DNA of 51,230 nt. It comes from Thermodesulfovibrionales bacterium. Its GTDB lineage: Bacteria; Nitrospirota; Thermodesulfovibrionia; Thermodesulfovibrionales; UBA6898. Below the pieces are notes generated by a model, which saw only the letters and a list, made by a program, of their open reading frames with translations, ran no database searches and was not told the DNA's origin. The translations under genes and the position numbers were made by a program. Every line of letters begins with the position of its first letter. Within the stretch, counting starts at the first letter, position 1. The DNA is taken from positions 1 through 51,230 of the forward strand of contig JBIOIY010000013.1 in the NCBI GenBank assembly GCA_044450345.1. The letters run 5' to 3'. Below, piece by piece: positions 1-10,272 of this stretch.

Positions 1-123
1 GCGGGGTGGTATGACCTCGACGTCGTCATGGACGAGCAGATATTGATTGACCTCATCCCGAAACTAAAGAAGGCCGGTGCCTCAGGGATTGTGGAATATC
101 AGTTGAACAAGGTGATCCCCTGA
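1..123 (+). CDS. hisG: ATP phosphoribosyltransferase, long form, C-terminal end (partial)
   Basis: Frame 1 reads AGWYDLDVVMDEQILIDLIPKLKKAGASGIVEYQLNKVIP*, resembling the HisG C-terminal regulatory domain (LIPxLKxAGAxGIxEYxxNK). Truncated by the window edge. Confidence 0.8.
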   Translation, partial: AGWYDLDVVMDEQILIDLIPKLKKAGASGIVEYQLNKVIP

Positions 124-174
124 AAATACGGCGAATATATGTTAACATTCTTTGACAAAACGGTCTATTTTTTC

Positions 175-204
175 TTGACAAGTTTTAAGCGTATGCTGTA
201 AAAT
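175..204 (+). promoter_or_regulatory. Putative sigma70 promoter of speD
   Basis: TTGACA (175-180), 18-nt spacer, TAAAAT (199-204). Confidence 0.45.
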
Positions 205-263
205 GTCTAGCTTAAGAGGGCGAATACGCTCCAAAAAATATAATACTGAAGGGGGGTAAAGGA

Positions 264-671
264 TTGCATGCTTTAGGTACCCATTTATTAGTGGAATTGC
301 GGGAGTGCAACCCGGAAATTCTCAAAGACCTCGAGAAGGTCAAAAACGCGATGGTCTCGGCGGCAAAAGAGGCCAAGGCGACAATCGTCGATATATCCTT
401 CCACGAATTCAATCCTTTCGGTATCAGCGGCATGGTGGTAATAGCGGAATCTCATCTTTCGATTCATACATGGCCCGAATATTCTTACGCGGCTGTGGAC
501 ATATTTACCTGCGGTGATATCATCAAACCGGAAGTAGCAGCGTCTTTTCTCATTGAACGGTTTGAGAGCAAAAGCCCTTCGATCGTTGAACTCAAAAGAG
601 GGATACTCTCTCACCTGAATGAGAAACTGCCGCACAAGGTTACCGGTCCCGAGTTTCAATCTGTTATTTAA
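264..671 (+). CDS. speD: S-adenosylmethionine decarboxylase proenzyme (SpeD/SpeH class)
   Basis: Self-cleavage motif AESHLSIHTWPE and DIFTCG; TTG start. Confidence 0.95.
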   Translation: MHALGTHLLVELRECNPEILKDLEKVKNAMVSAAKEAKATIVDISFHEFNPFGISGMVVIAESHLSIHTWPEYSYAAVDIFTCGDIIKPEVAASFLIERFESKSPSIVELKRGILSHLNEKLPHKVTGPEFQSVI

Positions 672-738
672 AGGAAGTTTTTTGCAGTCTGCTCATGCTC
701 TGTAAGATCAGGCAAGAAACTGCCTGACTTGTCGTGAT

Positions 739-773
739 AAAAAAATCCCCCTTTTCAGGGGGTTTTTATTTTT
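739..773. terminator. Likely bidirectional intrinsic terminator between convergent speD and pgk
   Basis: A-tract, CCCCC-loop-GGGGG stem, then T-tract. Confidence 0.65.
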
Positions 774-788
774 CCACCCTGTCTAAGA

Positions 789-2039
789 TCAAGCGCCTTC
801 CTGTGTCCTGTCGGTAAGGGCGGCAATCCCCGGAAGTTCTTTTCCTTCAAGCAATTGAAGGGAGGCCCCGCCGCCGGTAGAGATGAAAGAGATCGCGTCT
901 GAGACCCCCGCCCTGTGGACAGCGAGGTCCGTGTCGCCGCCGCCCACGATAGTCAAGGCGTAGGCATCCGCCACTGAATGGGCGATCGAAAAAGTCCCCC
1001 GCGAGAAGGCGTCGATTTCGAATATCCCCATAGGACCGTTCCAGAGTATGGTCTTTGCGTTTGCAAGGGCGATAGAAAAGAGTTTCACCGTGGCAGGACC
1101 TATATCGAGGGCCCTCCAGCCCTTGGGGATTTCCATGGTCGGTACTATCTTCGTCTCGGCCCCAGGCTCCAGGGTCTGGGCGATAACGCAGTCGACGGGA
1201 AGATAAAACTTTATGCCCGCGGCCTGCAGTTTTATCCGTATCCGTTCGGCGGTCTCGAGCATGTCGTTTTCGACGAGCGAGTCACCGACCTCGTAACCCA
1301 TCGCTTTGATGAAGGTGAAGGCCATGCCCCCGCCGACAAGGACCTTGTCCACTTTCCCCTCGAGATGTTCAAGGACCCCGATCTTGCCCGAGACCTTTGC
1401 GCCGCCAAGTATCGCCACAAAAGGGCGGACCGGATTATTGACAACGCCCTTGAGATATTCGATCTCCTTTTTCATCAGGAAACCGGTCGCCGAAGGAAGG
1501 AACTTGGCGATTCCCACCGTGGATGCGTGGGCCCTGTGGGCAGCGCCGAAGGCGTCGTTCACGTAATAGTCGGCGAATTTGGAGAGGTTCTTTGCGAACG
1601 CCTCGTCATTTTTTTCCTCTTCGGGATGGAATCTAAGGTTCTCCAGAAGGATCACGTCGCCGTCTTTCATCTTTGAGACGAGGCTTTCGACCTGCGGGCC
1701 TATGCAGTCGGGAGCAAACACGACCTCTTTGTCGAGGAGCCTGTGGAGTCTCTTCGCCACGGGCGCAAGGCTGAATCTGGGCTCGGGTTTCCCCTTCGGC
1801 CTCCCGAGATGGGAGGCCAGGATCACCCTCGCCCCCTCGTCTATGGCATAGTTGATCGTCGGCAGGGTGGAGCGTATCCTGCCGTCATCAGTGATCCTCA
1901 GGTTGTCGTCTAGGGGCACGTTGAAATCGGCCCGGATGAATACCCTCTTGCCCCTGATATCGAGCTCGTCGATCGAAAGCTTGTTGAGGACATCCTTAAT
2001 GGTAACAGGATTGGGATTTGTATTGATCTTCTTCGCCAT
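789..2039 (-). CDS. pgk: Phosphoglycerate kinase
   Basis: RADFNVP, SHLGRP, LLENLRF, NDAFGAAHRAHAS, WNGPMG and STGGGASL motifs. Confidence 0.98.
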   Translation of the reverse strand: MAKKINTNPNPVTIKDVLNKLSIDELDIRGKRVFIRADFNVPLDDNLRITDDGRIRSTLPTINYAIDEGARVILASHLGRPKGKPEPRFSLAPVAKRLHRLLDKEVVFAPDCIGPQVESLVSKMKDGDVILLENLRFHPEEEKNDEAFAKNLSKFADYYVNDAFGAAHRAHASTVGIAKFLPSATGFLMKKEIEYLKGVVNNPVRPFVAILGGAKVSGKIGVLEHLEGKVDKVLVGGGMAFTFIKAMGYEVGDSLVENDMLETAERIRIKLQAAGIKFYLPVDCVIAQTLEPGAETKIVPTMEIPKGWRALDIGPATVKLFSIALANAKTILWNGPMGIFEIDAFSRGTFSIAHSVADAYALTIVGGGDTDLAVHRAGVSDAISFISTGGGASLQLLEGKELPGIAALTDRTQEGA

Positions 2040-3059
<1,020 letters not shown>

Positions 3060-4316
3060 TTAAAAAGTGTATTTAAAGATATTTAAAACCATACCGGTCA
3101 TAAGCTTCGGATAAAAATACGTCGACTTCGGCGGCATCCGCAGGGAGGCGAGGGCGACCTTCTCGACGTCTTCAACCATGGTGGGTCTGAGAAAGAAGGC
3201 CGCACCGAATGCCTTGTCCCTCACCGCCTGCAGGCATTTCCCGATGTCCATTTCGTAGGAAACGCTGTCAATATCGAGAAGCTGCTTGAATATGAGTTCA
3301 TGGAGTACCGTCACATCGAGGTCCCTCAGAGCCTGCGGGACACCGTGAATGCCTTCGCCCTCATAACTCAGGCGGTACCAGGTCTCCCCGCCGGTGTAAA
3401 GACCGTAGACATCGCGCCTCCCCGAAATCGCCTTAGGTATATCAAAGCCGTTCCCCATCTCCTCGATTTCGAAATCATTGGAAAGGAGATCAAGGGCATC
3501 ATTGGGCATGTTCTTCACCAGGCGGTGCGTAGGCAGAATCGTAAGCCCCTCTCCGGCCATGTCCGCAAGGAACATAAGCACATAGTCGTACGGCCTCGGC
3601 GTCTCTGAAGGGCCTTCCTTCTTTCTCATCTCCCGCTGGTACTCGAGTGCGGTCTCGTAACGGTGATGACCGTCCGCGATGAAAACCGCCTTGTCGCCAA
3701 GCTCCTTCTGTATCTCGCCTACCGCCTTCATGTCGCTTACTTCCCACAATCTGTGTACCGCGCCGTCGGGGTCCTTTGCCTCGATGTAAGGCGCGCCGCT
3801 GTTCACATCCGCCAGGACCGCGGCGGTCCTGGCCTCAACACTTCTGTAGAGCGAAAAAATCGGGCTGACATTGGCGCCGCATATCCTCATAAGGTTCAGC
3901 CTGTCTTTCTTCGGCTTGGAATGGGTATACTCATGAGGATGGATGTTTCCCTTGCCCAGCTCCTCAAGCTTGACGAGCCCGAGAAAGCCTCTGAGTCTCT
4001 TCTTCTCAATTCCAATTGTATACGATATTTCATAAGAATAGAAGCAGGGTTTATCGCTTCGATTAAGGACCCCCTCCTGCAGCCACTCCTCAAGGTATGC
4101 CCTGGCCCTCGTATATTTGTTGTCATTGGCGCCGTCCCCGTCCAGCTCCTTTCCGAAGTCGATCCGCACGACATTATAAGGGCTTTTCCGATAGAGTTCT
4201 TCCTTATACTCCGGCGTTATGATGTCGTAAGGAGGCGCAAGCAGTTCCGCGCCTGACGCCTTCGACACGCGCGGTACATTATAAAGGACCCCTTTAAAAG
4301 GGACAACTTCGGCCAT
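3060..4316 (-). CDS. DUF1015 family protein
   Basis: PPYDII, PHEYT, IADGHHRYETA, ILPTHR and MPPKSTYFYPK motifs. Confidence 0.9.
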   Translation of the reverse strand: MAEVVPFKGVLYNVPRVSKASGAELLAPPYDIITPEYKEELYRKSPYNVVRIDFGKELDGDGANDNKYTRARAYLEEWLQEGVLNRSDKPCFYSYEISYTIGIEKKRLRGFLGLVKLEELGKGNIHPHEYTHSKPKKDRLNLMRICGANVSPIFSLYRSVEARTAAVLADVNSGAPYIEAKDPDGAVHRLWEVSDMKAVGEIQKELGDKAVFIADGHHRYETALEYQREMRKKEGPSETPRPYDYVLMFLADMAGEGLTILPTHRLVKNMPNDALDLLSNDFEIEEMGNGFDIPKAISGRRDVYGLYTGGETWYRLSYEGEGIHGVPQALRDLDVTVLHELIFKQLLDIDSVSYEMDIGKCLQAVRDKAFGAAFFLRPTMVEDVEKVALASLRMPPKSTYFYPKLMTGMVLNIFKYTF

Positions 4317-4433
4317 TTTTTCTTACCTCGGGGAAAAAGATTGGATATTCTACCATGCAATTTCTCTTGAATTCCAGTGGAGGAGTGGCCCGACCAGACT
4401 TTGCGCCGAGCGAAGACTTGTTCTCATTTTCTT

Positions 4434-4466
4434 GCTGCTAGCTGACCGCCGATAGCTAAATAGCTG
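4434..4466. repeat. Degenerate tandem heptamer repeat (GCTGANN-like)
   Basis: GCTGCTA GCTGACC GCCGATA GCTAAAT AGCTG in the intergenic region. Confidence 0.5.
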
Positions 4467-4479
4467 CAATATTACTGAT

Positions 4480-5043
4480 TCAAACCCGTCTGCTTCGCAA
4501 CAAGACGGCATGACTTCGTCGTATTTCCCGGTCACCAATTACTTCAAATCCCCGACTTTGCGCAAGGGAAACGGTCCTCTCAAAATCCGGCTTCGTTACA
4601 TGCCCTCTGGGTTCCGCCATCAACAATTTTCCGGTCTGTTTCATTGCATTATATATTTCGGTAAACAGACGTTCCTTGTCAGGCACCTCATGGACTAAGG
4701 CAAAGGCAAGCGCAAAATCGATTTTGCCGGCAACGTCACTCACTCCGAGCGAGCTCTGACTGCATACCCGCGCGTCAATTCTGTCGGTCAGCCCCGCCTT
4801 CTTCGCTCTCGCGACGAGACCTTTAATCATTTTTTCCTGCAGATCAATACAGACCACTCTGCCTTTTTCGCCTACCAGTTTCGCCAACGGTAAAGAAAAA
4901 AATCCCATGCCGCATCCGATATCCAGAACACTCATGCCTTCCTCCACATAAGGCTTCACAATCTCGTCGGGATCCTGCAAAAGACGCCTCAATGGACTCG
5001 CCAGCAAATAACCTAACCACCAGGGACAGACTCTATGACTCAA
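4480..5043 (-). CDS. Class I SAM-dependent methyltransferase
   Basis: VLDIGCGMGFF motif I and HRVCPWW N-terminus. Start moved to the TTG at 5043, after a GAAAGGTG SD-like sequence (ORF track starts at 5058). Confidence 0.85.
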   Translation of the reverse strand: MSHRVCPWWLGYLLASPLRRLLQDPDEIVKPYVEEGMSVLDIGCGMGFFSLPLAKLVGEKGRVVCIDLQEKMIKGLVARAKKAGLTDRIDARVCSQSSLGVSDVAGKIDFALAFALVHEVPDKERLFTEIYNAMKQTGKLLMAEPRGHVTKPDFERTVSLAQSRGFEVIGDREIRRSHAVLLRSRRV

Positions 5044-5404
5044 TTCACACCTTTCCAAGAAACTAGTACTCTATAAAGTGCCACGCTCATTACCAATCAC
5101 CACTAGTAATAATACCCTAATACCTAATAAAGGCAAGAGCTATGTCCAACTGCCTCAACAGCATTTGTGCCTTATTACCCTTAAATACCAGTTAGTCGCT
5201 ATTCACCCTATTAAATTTAATGATTTTCTTCGGTTAACGACAGCAACGCTGCGCAGTTCCTTTTAAACAATTATAATTATAAAGATTTAGCAGGGATCGG
5301 GATCCGCAAGGCGGAATAATATAAACAGGAAGTTAGCGTGTTCCTCAGGAGCACAACTTTTGAATACTGCACTAAAAAAGCACAACCAACTGTCAATTAA
5401 TGCG

Positions 5405-6418
5405 TCATTTCCCAACTACCAGAACCGTGAAGCTGTCCTTGATCATTGTCGGGCGCGGCCTTGCTCCTTCCTCCGCCGGCGCCGCCTGAGGGGAAAACTG
5501 TGCGGCGGGCAAATAGATGTTGTGGGTCCCGGGATCAATCGCCATAGTGCGGGATCCACGCTGCGTAGTAACGGTCTCTACTACCTCGAACTTGCCCGGA
5601 GAAGACTCCCGCACCACTGTAAGCGTACCATCGCCATTAGAGCTGAATGCCAGTCCTGTTTTCGGATCAAAACCGTTTCCATCGACACCTTCGCCAATCG
5701 GCACGGCGGCAATTACCTTGCCGGTCTCCGTGTCCAGGATGGCCATGACCTTGTTGCGGCATCCCGAATAGAGGCGGTGATGCTCCGCATCAAGTCCCAT
5801 TCCCGTGGGTTCCTCGCAAGGCTTAAGTGAATACCTTTTTTTCAACGAGAGTCTACGGCTATCTATTTCAGCTACCTCGCCGGTGTCTTCGACATTTACA
5901 TAGACCTTGCCTTTTCCGTCCGCCGCCGCGAATTCAGGCTTGCCGCCAAGGGCAATCGTACTGATAACCGAACCGGAAGCGGCGTCGATCACAGTGGCGT
6001 CCTTGCTGCGGCCATTGAAAGTGAATATTCGTTTGGATGCAGGGTCGTAAAGGATGGCATCGGGATTATTTCCGGTTTGCACCTGACCGAGGACCTTCAG
6101 TGTTTTCAGGTCGAAAATGGTGGCTGTATTTGCCTTTCCGTTACTGGTAAAGCCCCGGCCCAGCTCCGACGCTATGGCGATCCCATGCACGCCGGGAGTA
6201 TCGGCAATATTGCCTATGATCTTATCCGTGTCGATATCGACCACCAAAACGTGAGTGGACCTGGAAATGTACAGCCGCCTGGCTGCGCCGTCTACAGTCA
6301 GGTAGTCCCAACCCCCATCGCCGCCCAGCTGCAGCCTTTTGATTACGTGATATCCGGGGTCCGCAGCATACGAAATCGTTCCGACAAGGAGACTGCAAAA
6401 CAATAAGAATGCTTTCAA
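5405..6418 (-). CDS. YncE/YVTN-type beta-propeller secreted protein
   Basis: Signal peptide; GGWDYL, TPGVHGIA, PDAILYDP and KPEFA blade repeats. Confidence 0.85.
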   Translation of the reverse strand: MKAFLLFCSLLVGTISYAADPGYHVIKRLQLGGDGGWDYLTVDGAARRLYISRSTHVLVVDIDTDKIIGNIADTPGVHGIAIASELGRGFTSNGKANTATIFDLKTLKVLGQVQTGNNPDAILYDPASKRIFTFNGRSKDATVIDAASGSVISTIALGGKPEFAAADGKGKVYVNVEDTGEVAEIDSRRLSLKKRYSLKPCEEPTGMGLDAEHHRLYSGCRNKVMAILDTETGKVIAAVPIGEGVDGNGFDPKTGLAFSSNGDGTLTVVRESSPGKFEVVETVTTQRGSRTMAIDPGTHNIYLPAAQFSPQAAPAEEGARPRPTMIKDSFTVLVVGK

Positions 6419-6560
6419 GATGTCACCTCTCTTAATAGATCATTTAAGATATTCTTACCATATCAGTTTCAGCCAAAGAAATAAACCACCTCGGCGAGAG
6501 TGTGCGATGTTGGTCAGCCTCTTTCTTGTCATCGGAATTTGCTACAATAATCTAAAAGCG

Positions 6561-8201
6561 ATGCGGGACAAAGATAAAATTATAGGCTGTGCGATACTCA
6601 TCATCGCTTTTGTCCTCTGCTTCACGAACCTCCCTCTCAAGCCTCCCCACTCTGATGAGGGCGGAAACGGTTATTTTGTGAACCAGATATGGGAAAATGG
6701 TTTCTTTATTTACGACCCCAACAACTATCACGGACCGCTCTTGTTTTACCTCTTCCAGATTTCAGAAAAGATCTTCGGCTTTGGTATCGGCTCCTTCAGG
6801 GCCGTAACTGCCTTATTTTCCGTCCTGACCATAGTGCTGATTTTGAAGGGCCGGGACCTCCTCGGGCGTTACGCATCCCTTTTCGCTGCATCGGCACTGG
6901 CGTTGAGCCCCGGCATCACCTTTTTCGGCCGTTCCGCAATTCACGAGCCCGTTTTTGTTTTTTTTCAAATCCTCCTGGTGATGGGATTCCTGAGGGTTAG
7001 AGAGCATGCGGACAGGAAGGGAATTATCTGGTCCTTTGCGGGCTTACTCGGATGTATTTTGTTGAAGGAGACCTTCGTCATACTGGTCCTTTCACTGCTT
7101 GTCGCGTGGGGCTGGTCAGAGTTTTCTCCCCGGATTTCCGACTTCTTTGCAGGGGAAAAGGGGAAGAGCCAAAATAAGAAGGCGAAGAAAAAGAAGAGGG
7201 GAAGAGAGAGAAGGACCCAGGCAAACACAGGAACGGACAAAGAGGGCACGTCACAAACTCTCAGGACAGGGAAGACGGAATCCGCACCGAAGCCCTCGTG
7301 GAGAGACCTGGACAAGTCGTTTCTTCTTAAGGTTGTCTTCGCCTGCGCGGGTATCTGGCTGGCGTTGTTCACGGGTTTTTTTCATCACCGGCAGGGAGCG
7401 ACTGACTTCTTTACGGCACTGACGCCCTGGCTTAAAACCGGTGTCGGCGGTTCAGGGCACGATAAGCCTTTTTCTTACTGGCTCTCATTATTTGGAAGGT
7501 ACGAATGGGCGGCTGCCGCGGGATTTGCCGGGGCGTTCATAGGTGTTGCCGGGCGATCGTGGAAGATGCGGTTTTTCGCCGCCCTGGCGATCATTAACTG
7601 GCTTGTGTATTCCATCATCTCCTATAAGACCCCGTGGTGCGTAATCACTATCCTCTGGCCCTTTATCATCGTGGCCGGTTTCTGGATCGAATTCATTGCC
7701 ATCAGCAGGCGGAAAAGCCCGGTCTTTTGGCTGTCCCTCTGTGTTGCCGTTGTGATAGCGGCGCAATCCGCCGCAGCGAATGTGAGGCTCAATTTTATGC
7801 ATTATACGGACCCCTCGGAACCGTACGTGTATGTCCAGACAAAAAACGACCTGAAGGTAGTCGAGGAGATAATAAGGAAAAAGATACGGTCCTCCCCCGA
7901 TGCCCAAAACATGAGGGTGCAGATTAACCTGAAGGACTCATGGCCTTTCCCCTGGCTCTTCTCCCGGTTCCCCAATACCGGCTTTGGCGATTACCGGAAG
8001 GCCTTCACGGAAAAGGCGGATATCATCTTTGCAGAGGTCACCCACGAGGATAAGGACATTGAGGGGCTCTACCGGCAGCGTAAGATGGACCTGAGGGACG
8101 CCCGTGAGCCGATCTATGTCTACCTGAAAAAGACCTATTTCCAGGGGACAGACCTGCCCGGCTTCGGGCAGTCGGGCATGCCGGAAGGCAAGGGGAGGTA
8201 A
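6561..8201 (+). CDS. GT-C fold membrane glycosyltransferase-like protein (TIGR03663/Agl23-like)
   Basis: PHSDEGGNGYF...YDPNNYHGPLLFY, HDKPFSYW, YKTPW and YVYVQT motifs; many TM helices. Start at ATG 6561 is inferred. Confidence 0.75.
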   Translation: MRDKDKIIGCAILIIAFVLCFTNLPLKPPHSDEGGNGYFVNQIWENGFFIYDPNNYHGPLLFYLFQISEKIFGFGIGSFRAVTALFSVLTIVLILKGRDLLGRYASLFAASALALSPGITFFGRSAIHEPVFVFFQILLVMGFLRVREHADRKGIIWSFAGLLGCILLKETFVILVLSLLVAWGWSEFSPRISDFFAGEKGKSQNKKAKKKKRGRERRTQANTGTDKEGTSQTLRTGKTESAPKPSWRDLDKSFLLKVVFACAGIWLALFTGFFHHRQGATDFFTALTPWLKTGVGGSGHDKPFSYWLSLFGRYEWAAAAGFAGAFIGVAGRSWKMRFFAALAIINWLVYSIISYKTPWCVITILWPFIIVAGFWIEFIAISRRKSPVFWLSLCVAVVIAAQSAAANVRLNFMHYTDPSEPYVYVQTKNDLKVVEEIIRKKIRSSPDAQNMRVQINLKDSWPFPWLFSRFPNTGFGDYRKAFTEKADIIFAEVTHEDKDIEGLYRQRKMDLRDAREPIYVYLKKTYFQGTDLPGFGQSGMPEGKGR

Positions 8202-8203
8202 GG

Positions 8204-9892
8204 ATGGCTCTCGCTTTCTTGATACATCTGGCCGTATCCAGCTTTACGGCGATCATACTCGGTCTGGCGGTGGGGCGGGTGAATACGCCGGTCGCCGTAA
8301 TAAGCCTGGGATTGGGGGCTGTCGCAGGTATCCGGGTATGGCTGAAGTCCAAAGGGGACAGGGGCCTGTTTCCGGATATCACGTTCGCCCCTGCTTTACT
8401 CTACGGTTTTATTATTTTTGCGGGACTGGAGCACTTTCTTTATCTGCTCTATTACGCCTCCCATGGTTTGAGGACACTCCATCTGAATAATTTCGGTGAC
8501 CTCGCCCTGCACATCCAGTACATACGTTTTATCGCGGGAGGCGCGCACTTCTGGCCGGAAAATCCGGGTTTTGCCGGTGACCTTCTGAGATACCCTATCG
8601 GGATGGATATCTATAACGCCCTGTGGGAGATCGTAGGCGTTCCTCTGGGCGGCAATCTCTTCTTGACCGGCCTGGTCATGACCGTTGTCGCGGTATCTAT
8701 GCTGCACCGGTGGATGGGGTGGTGGGGTGTGGGGGCTTTTTTCCTGAACGGGGGACTGGCCAACTGGAGATCCCTCTGGACCGGACGTATTTACGATTTT
8801 CAAAATGCAGCCACCTGGAAGAGTTTTTTCCTTTCGCTGTGGATAACCCAGAGGGGTTTCCTTTTTGCGATACCGGCCGGTGTATATGTCTCAAAAATGA
8901 TAATGGAAACCATTCTCGGCGAGCGGACCCTTCGCAGGGAAGAGAAGGTTATCTGCGCGGTATTATGGGCATCGCTCGCATGGTTTCATCTCCACACCTT
9001 TTTCATTCTTACCCTCGCACTCGGCATATTCATGGTCCTTTATAAGAGGCCCCGGCTGATGTTTGAGGTGGCAATGCCCGCGGTATCAGCCGGCCTTGTC
9101 TTTGTATTCTTTTCTACGGAGGGGCTGACGAGGGCCGGAGTCCTGCACCTTCGGCCGGGCTGGACCGCCGGGCAAGAGAATCTGTTCGCATTTTGGCTGA
9201 CAAATCTCGGTCCGTGGCTGATCTTCGCGGCGGCGGGGCTTTTCTTTGTTTTTGAGAAGTCCTTCGCACGGCTGCGCTGGATTGCGATGCCTGCTTTCGC
9301 ACTCTTCATTGTATTCACCGTGGTAATGGTGGCCCCGTGGGATTGGGACAATATCAAGGTATTGATCTGGCCGTACCTCTTTGTCGCATGGATAGCATGG
9401 AGGACGTGGTTGACCAAACTGCCTTCCCGGGCCGCTTTCGTGATAGGTCTTATCGCCTTTTTCTCGGGGACTATATCGGTTGTCTCTTCTCTTCCCGGCA
9501 ACAGTTCAGGAGTTGAACTCTACCGGGCGTCGGAATTGTGGGATGCGAAGGCGGCCCTTGCAGGCCTGCCGGCCGACTGCGTGCTTGCCGTTGCCCCTGA
9601 TCCCAATCATCCGGCAATGTATTGGGGCGCTAAGGTCGCGATGGGGTATCCCGGACATCTGTGGTCCCATGGGATCGACGGCTCGGCGAGGGAGAATCAA
9701 CTCGAAAGGATGTTCCGGGGAGATGAGGACTGGCTTTCCCTCGCAAAGGGTATCGGCGTGACCCATATCTACTGGGGAGAAAATGAGAAAAGGAAATACG
9801 GCGCCTTGAATCCTTCATGGCAGGCCCGGCTGAAAAACGTCTCCCGGTCACAAACGATCCGGATCTACGATTTGCGAAGTTACTCGGAATGA
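8204..9892 (+). CDS. Polytopic membrane protein, probable GT-C-like glycosyltransferase
   Basis: NNFGDLALHI...WPENP...LRYP first loop, PWDWDNIK, MGYPGHLWSHG; starts 2 nt after the upstream stop. Confidence 0.6.
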   Translation: MALAFLIHLAVSSFTAIILGLAVGRVNTPVAVISLGLGAVAGIRVWLKSKGDRGLFPDITFAPALLYGFIIFAGLEHFLYLLYYASHGLRTLHLNNFGDLALHIQYIRFIAGGAHFWPENPGFAGDLLRYPIGMDIYNALWEIVGVPLGGNLFLTGLVMTVVAVSMLHRWMGWWGVGAFFLNGGLANWRSLWTGRIYDFQNAATWKSFFLSLWITQRGFLFAIPAGVYVSKMIMETILGERTLRREEKVICAVLWASLAWFHLHTFFILTLALGIFMVLYKRPRLMFEVAMPAVSAGLVFVFFSTEGLTRAGVLHLRPGWTAGQENLFAFWLTNLGPWLIFAAAGLFFVFEKSFARLRWIAMPAFALFIVFTVVMVAPWDWDNIKVLIWPYLFVAWIAWRTWLTKLPSRAAFVIGLIAFFSGTISVVSSLPGNSSGVELYRASELWDAKAALAGLPADCVLAVAPDPNHPAMYWGAKVAMGYPGHLWSHGIDGSARENQLERMFRGDEDWLSLAKGIGVTHIYWGENEKRKYGALNPSWQARLKNVSRSQTIRIYDLRSYSE

Positions 9893-9945
9893 GATAATCA
9901 TCTCAACCGTCTTGCCGATTTTGAACATGGAAGCGCCGGGCGTGA

Positions 9946-10125
9946 GAGCCGGTCCGCGGTTATCCCTCTTTAATGGTGGTGGTATTATTTCTCGGCGGTA
10001 TTCAGCGTATCGGCATCGGGATTATGGGCGAGTATCTAGGCAGGGTATACGATGAAAGCAAGATACGGCCTCTGTATTTTTTGAAGGGATATATCCCTCC
10101 CGAACACGAGAGCAAATCAGTTTAA
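9946..10125 (+). pseudogene. C-terminal remnant of a GtrB/YfdH-like GT2 polyprenyl-phosphate glycosyltransferase
   Basis: Reads [45 protein letters not shown]...*; in-frame stops lie just upstream and the catalytic domain is absent. Confidence 0.8.
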
Positions 10126-10272
10126 TCCCGGCTGATCAACCCTCCCCTCGAAGTCCAGGAATTGTTTCGGACTCAGAACGCAAAAAATCTCCGGAAGAGA
10201 TTATAAATTCAGCGTCTTTGCCGGTTTGCTCATGGGGCCGATACCTTTAAGAGAACTCGGTAGCTTTACCTC

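Noticed and set aside
5059..5400. AT-rich intergenic stretch with ORF 5078-5266
   Set aside because: No recognisable product or structured RNA; probably promoter or decayed DNA.
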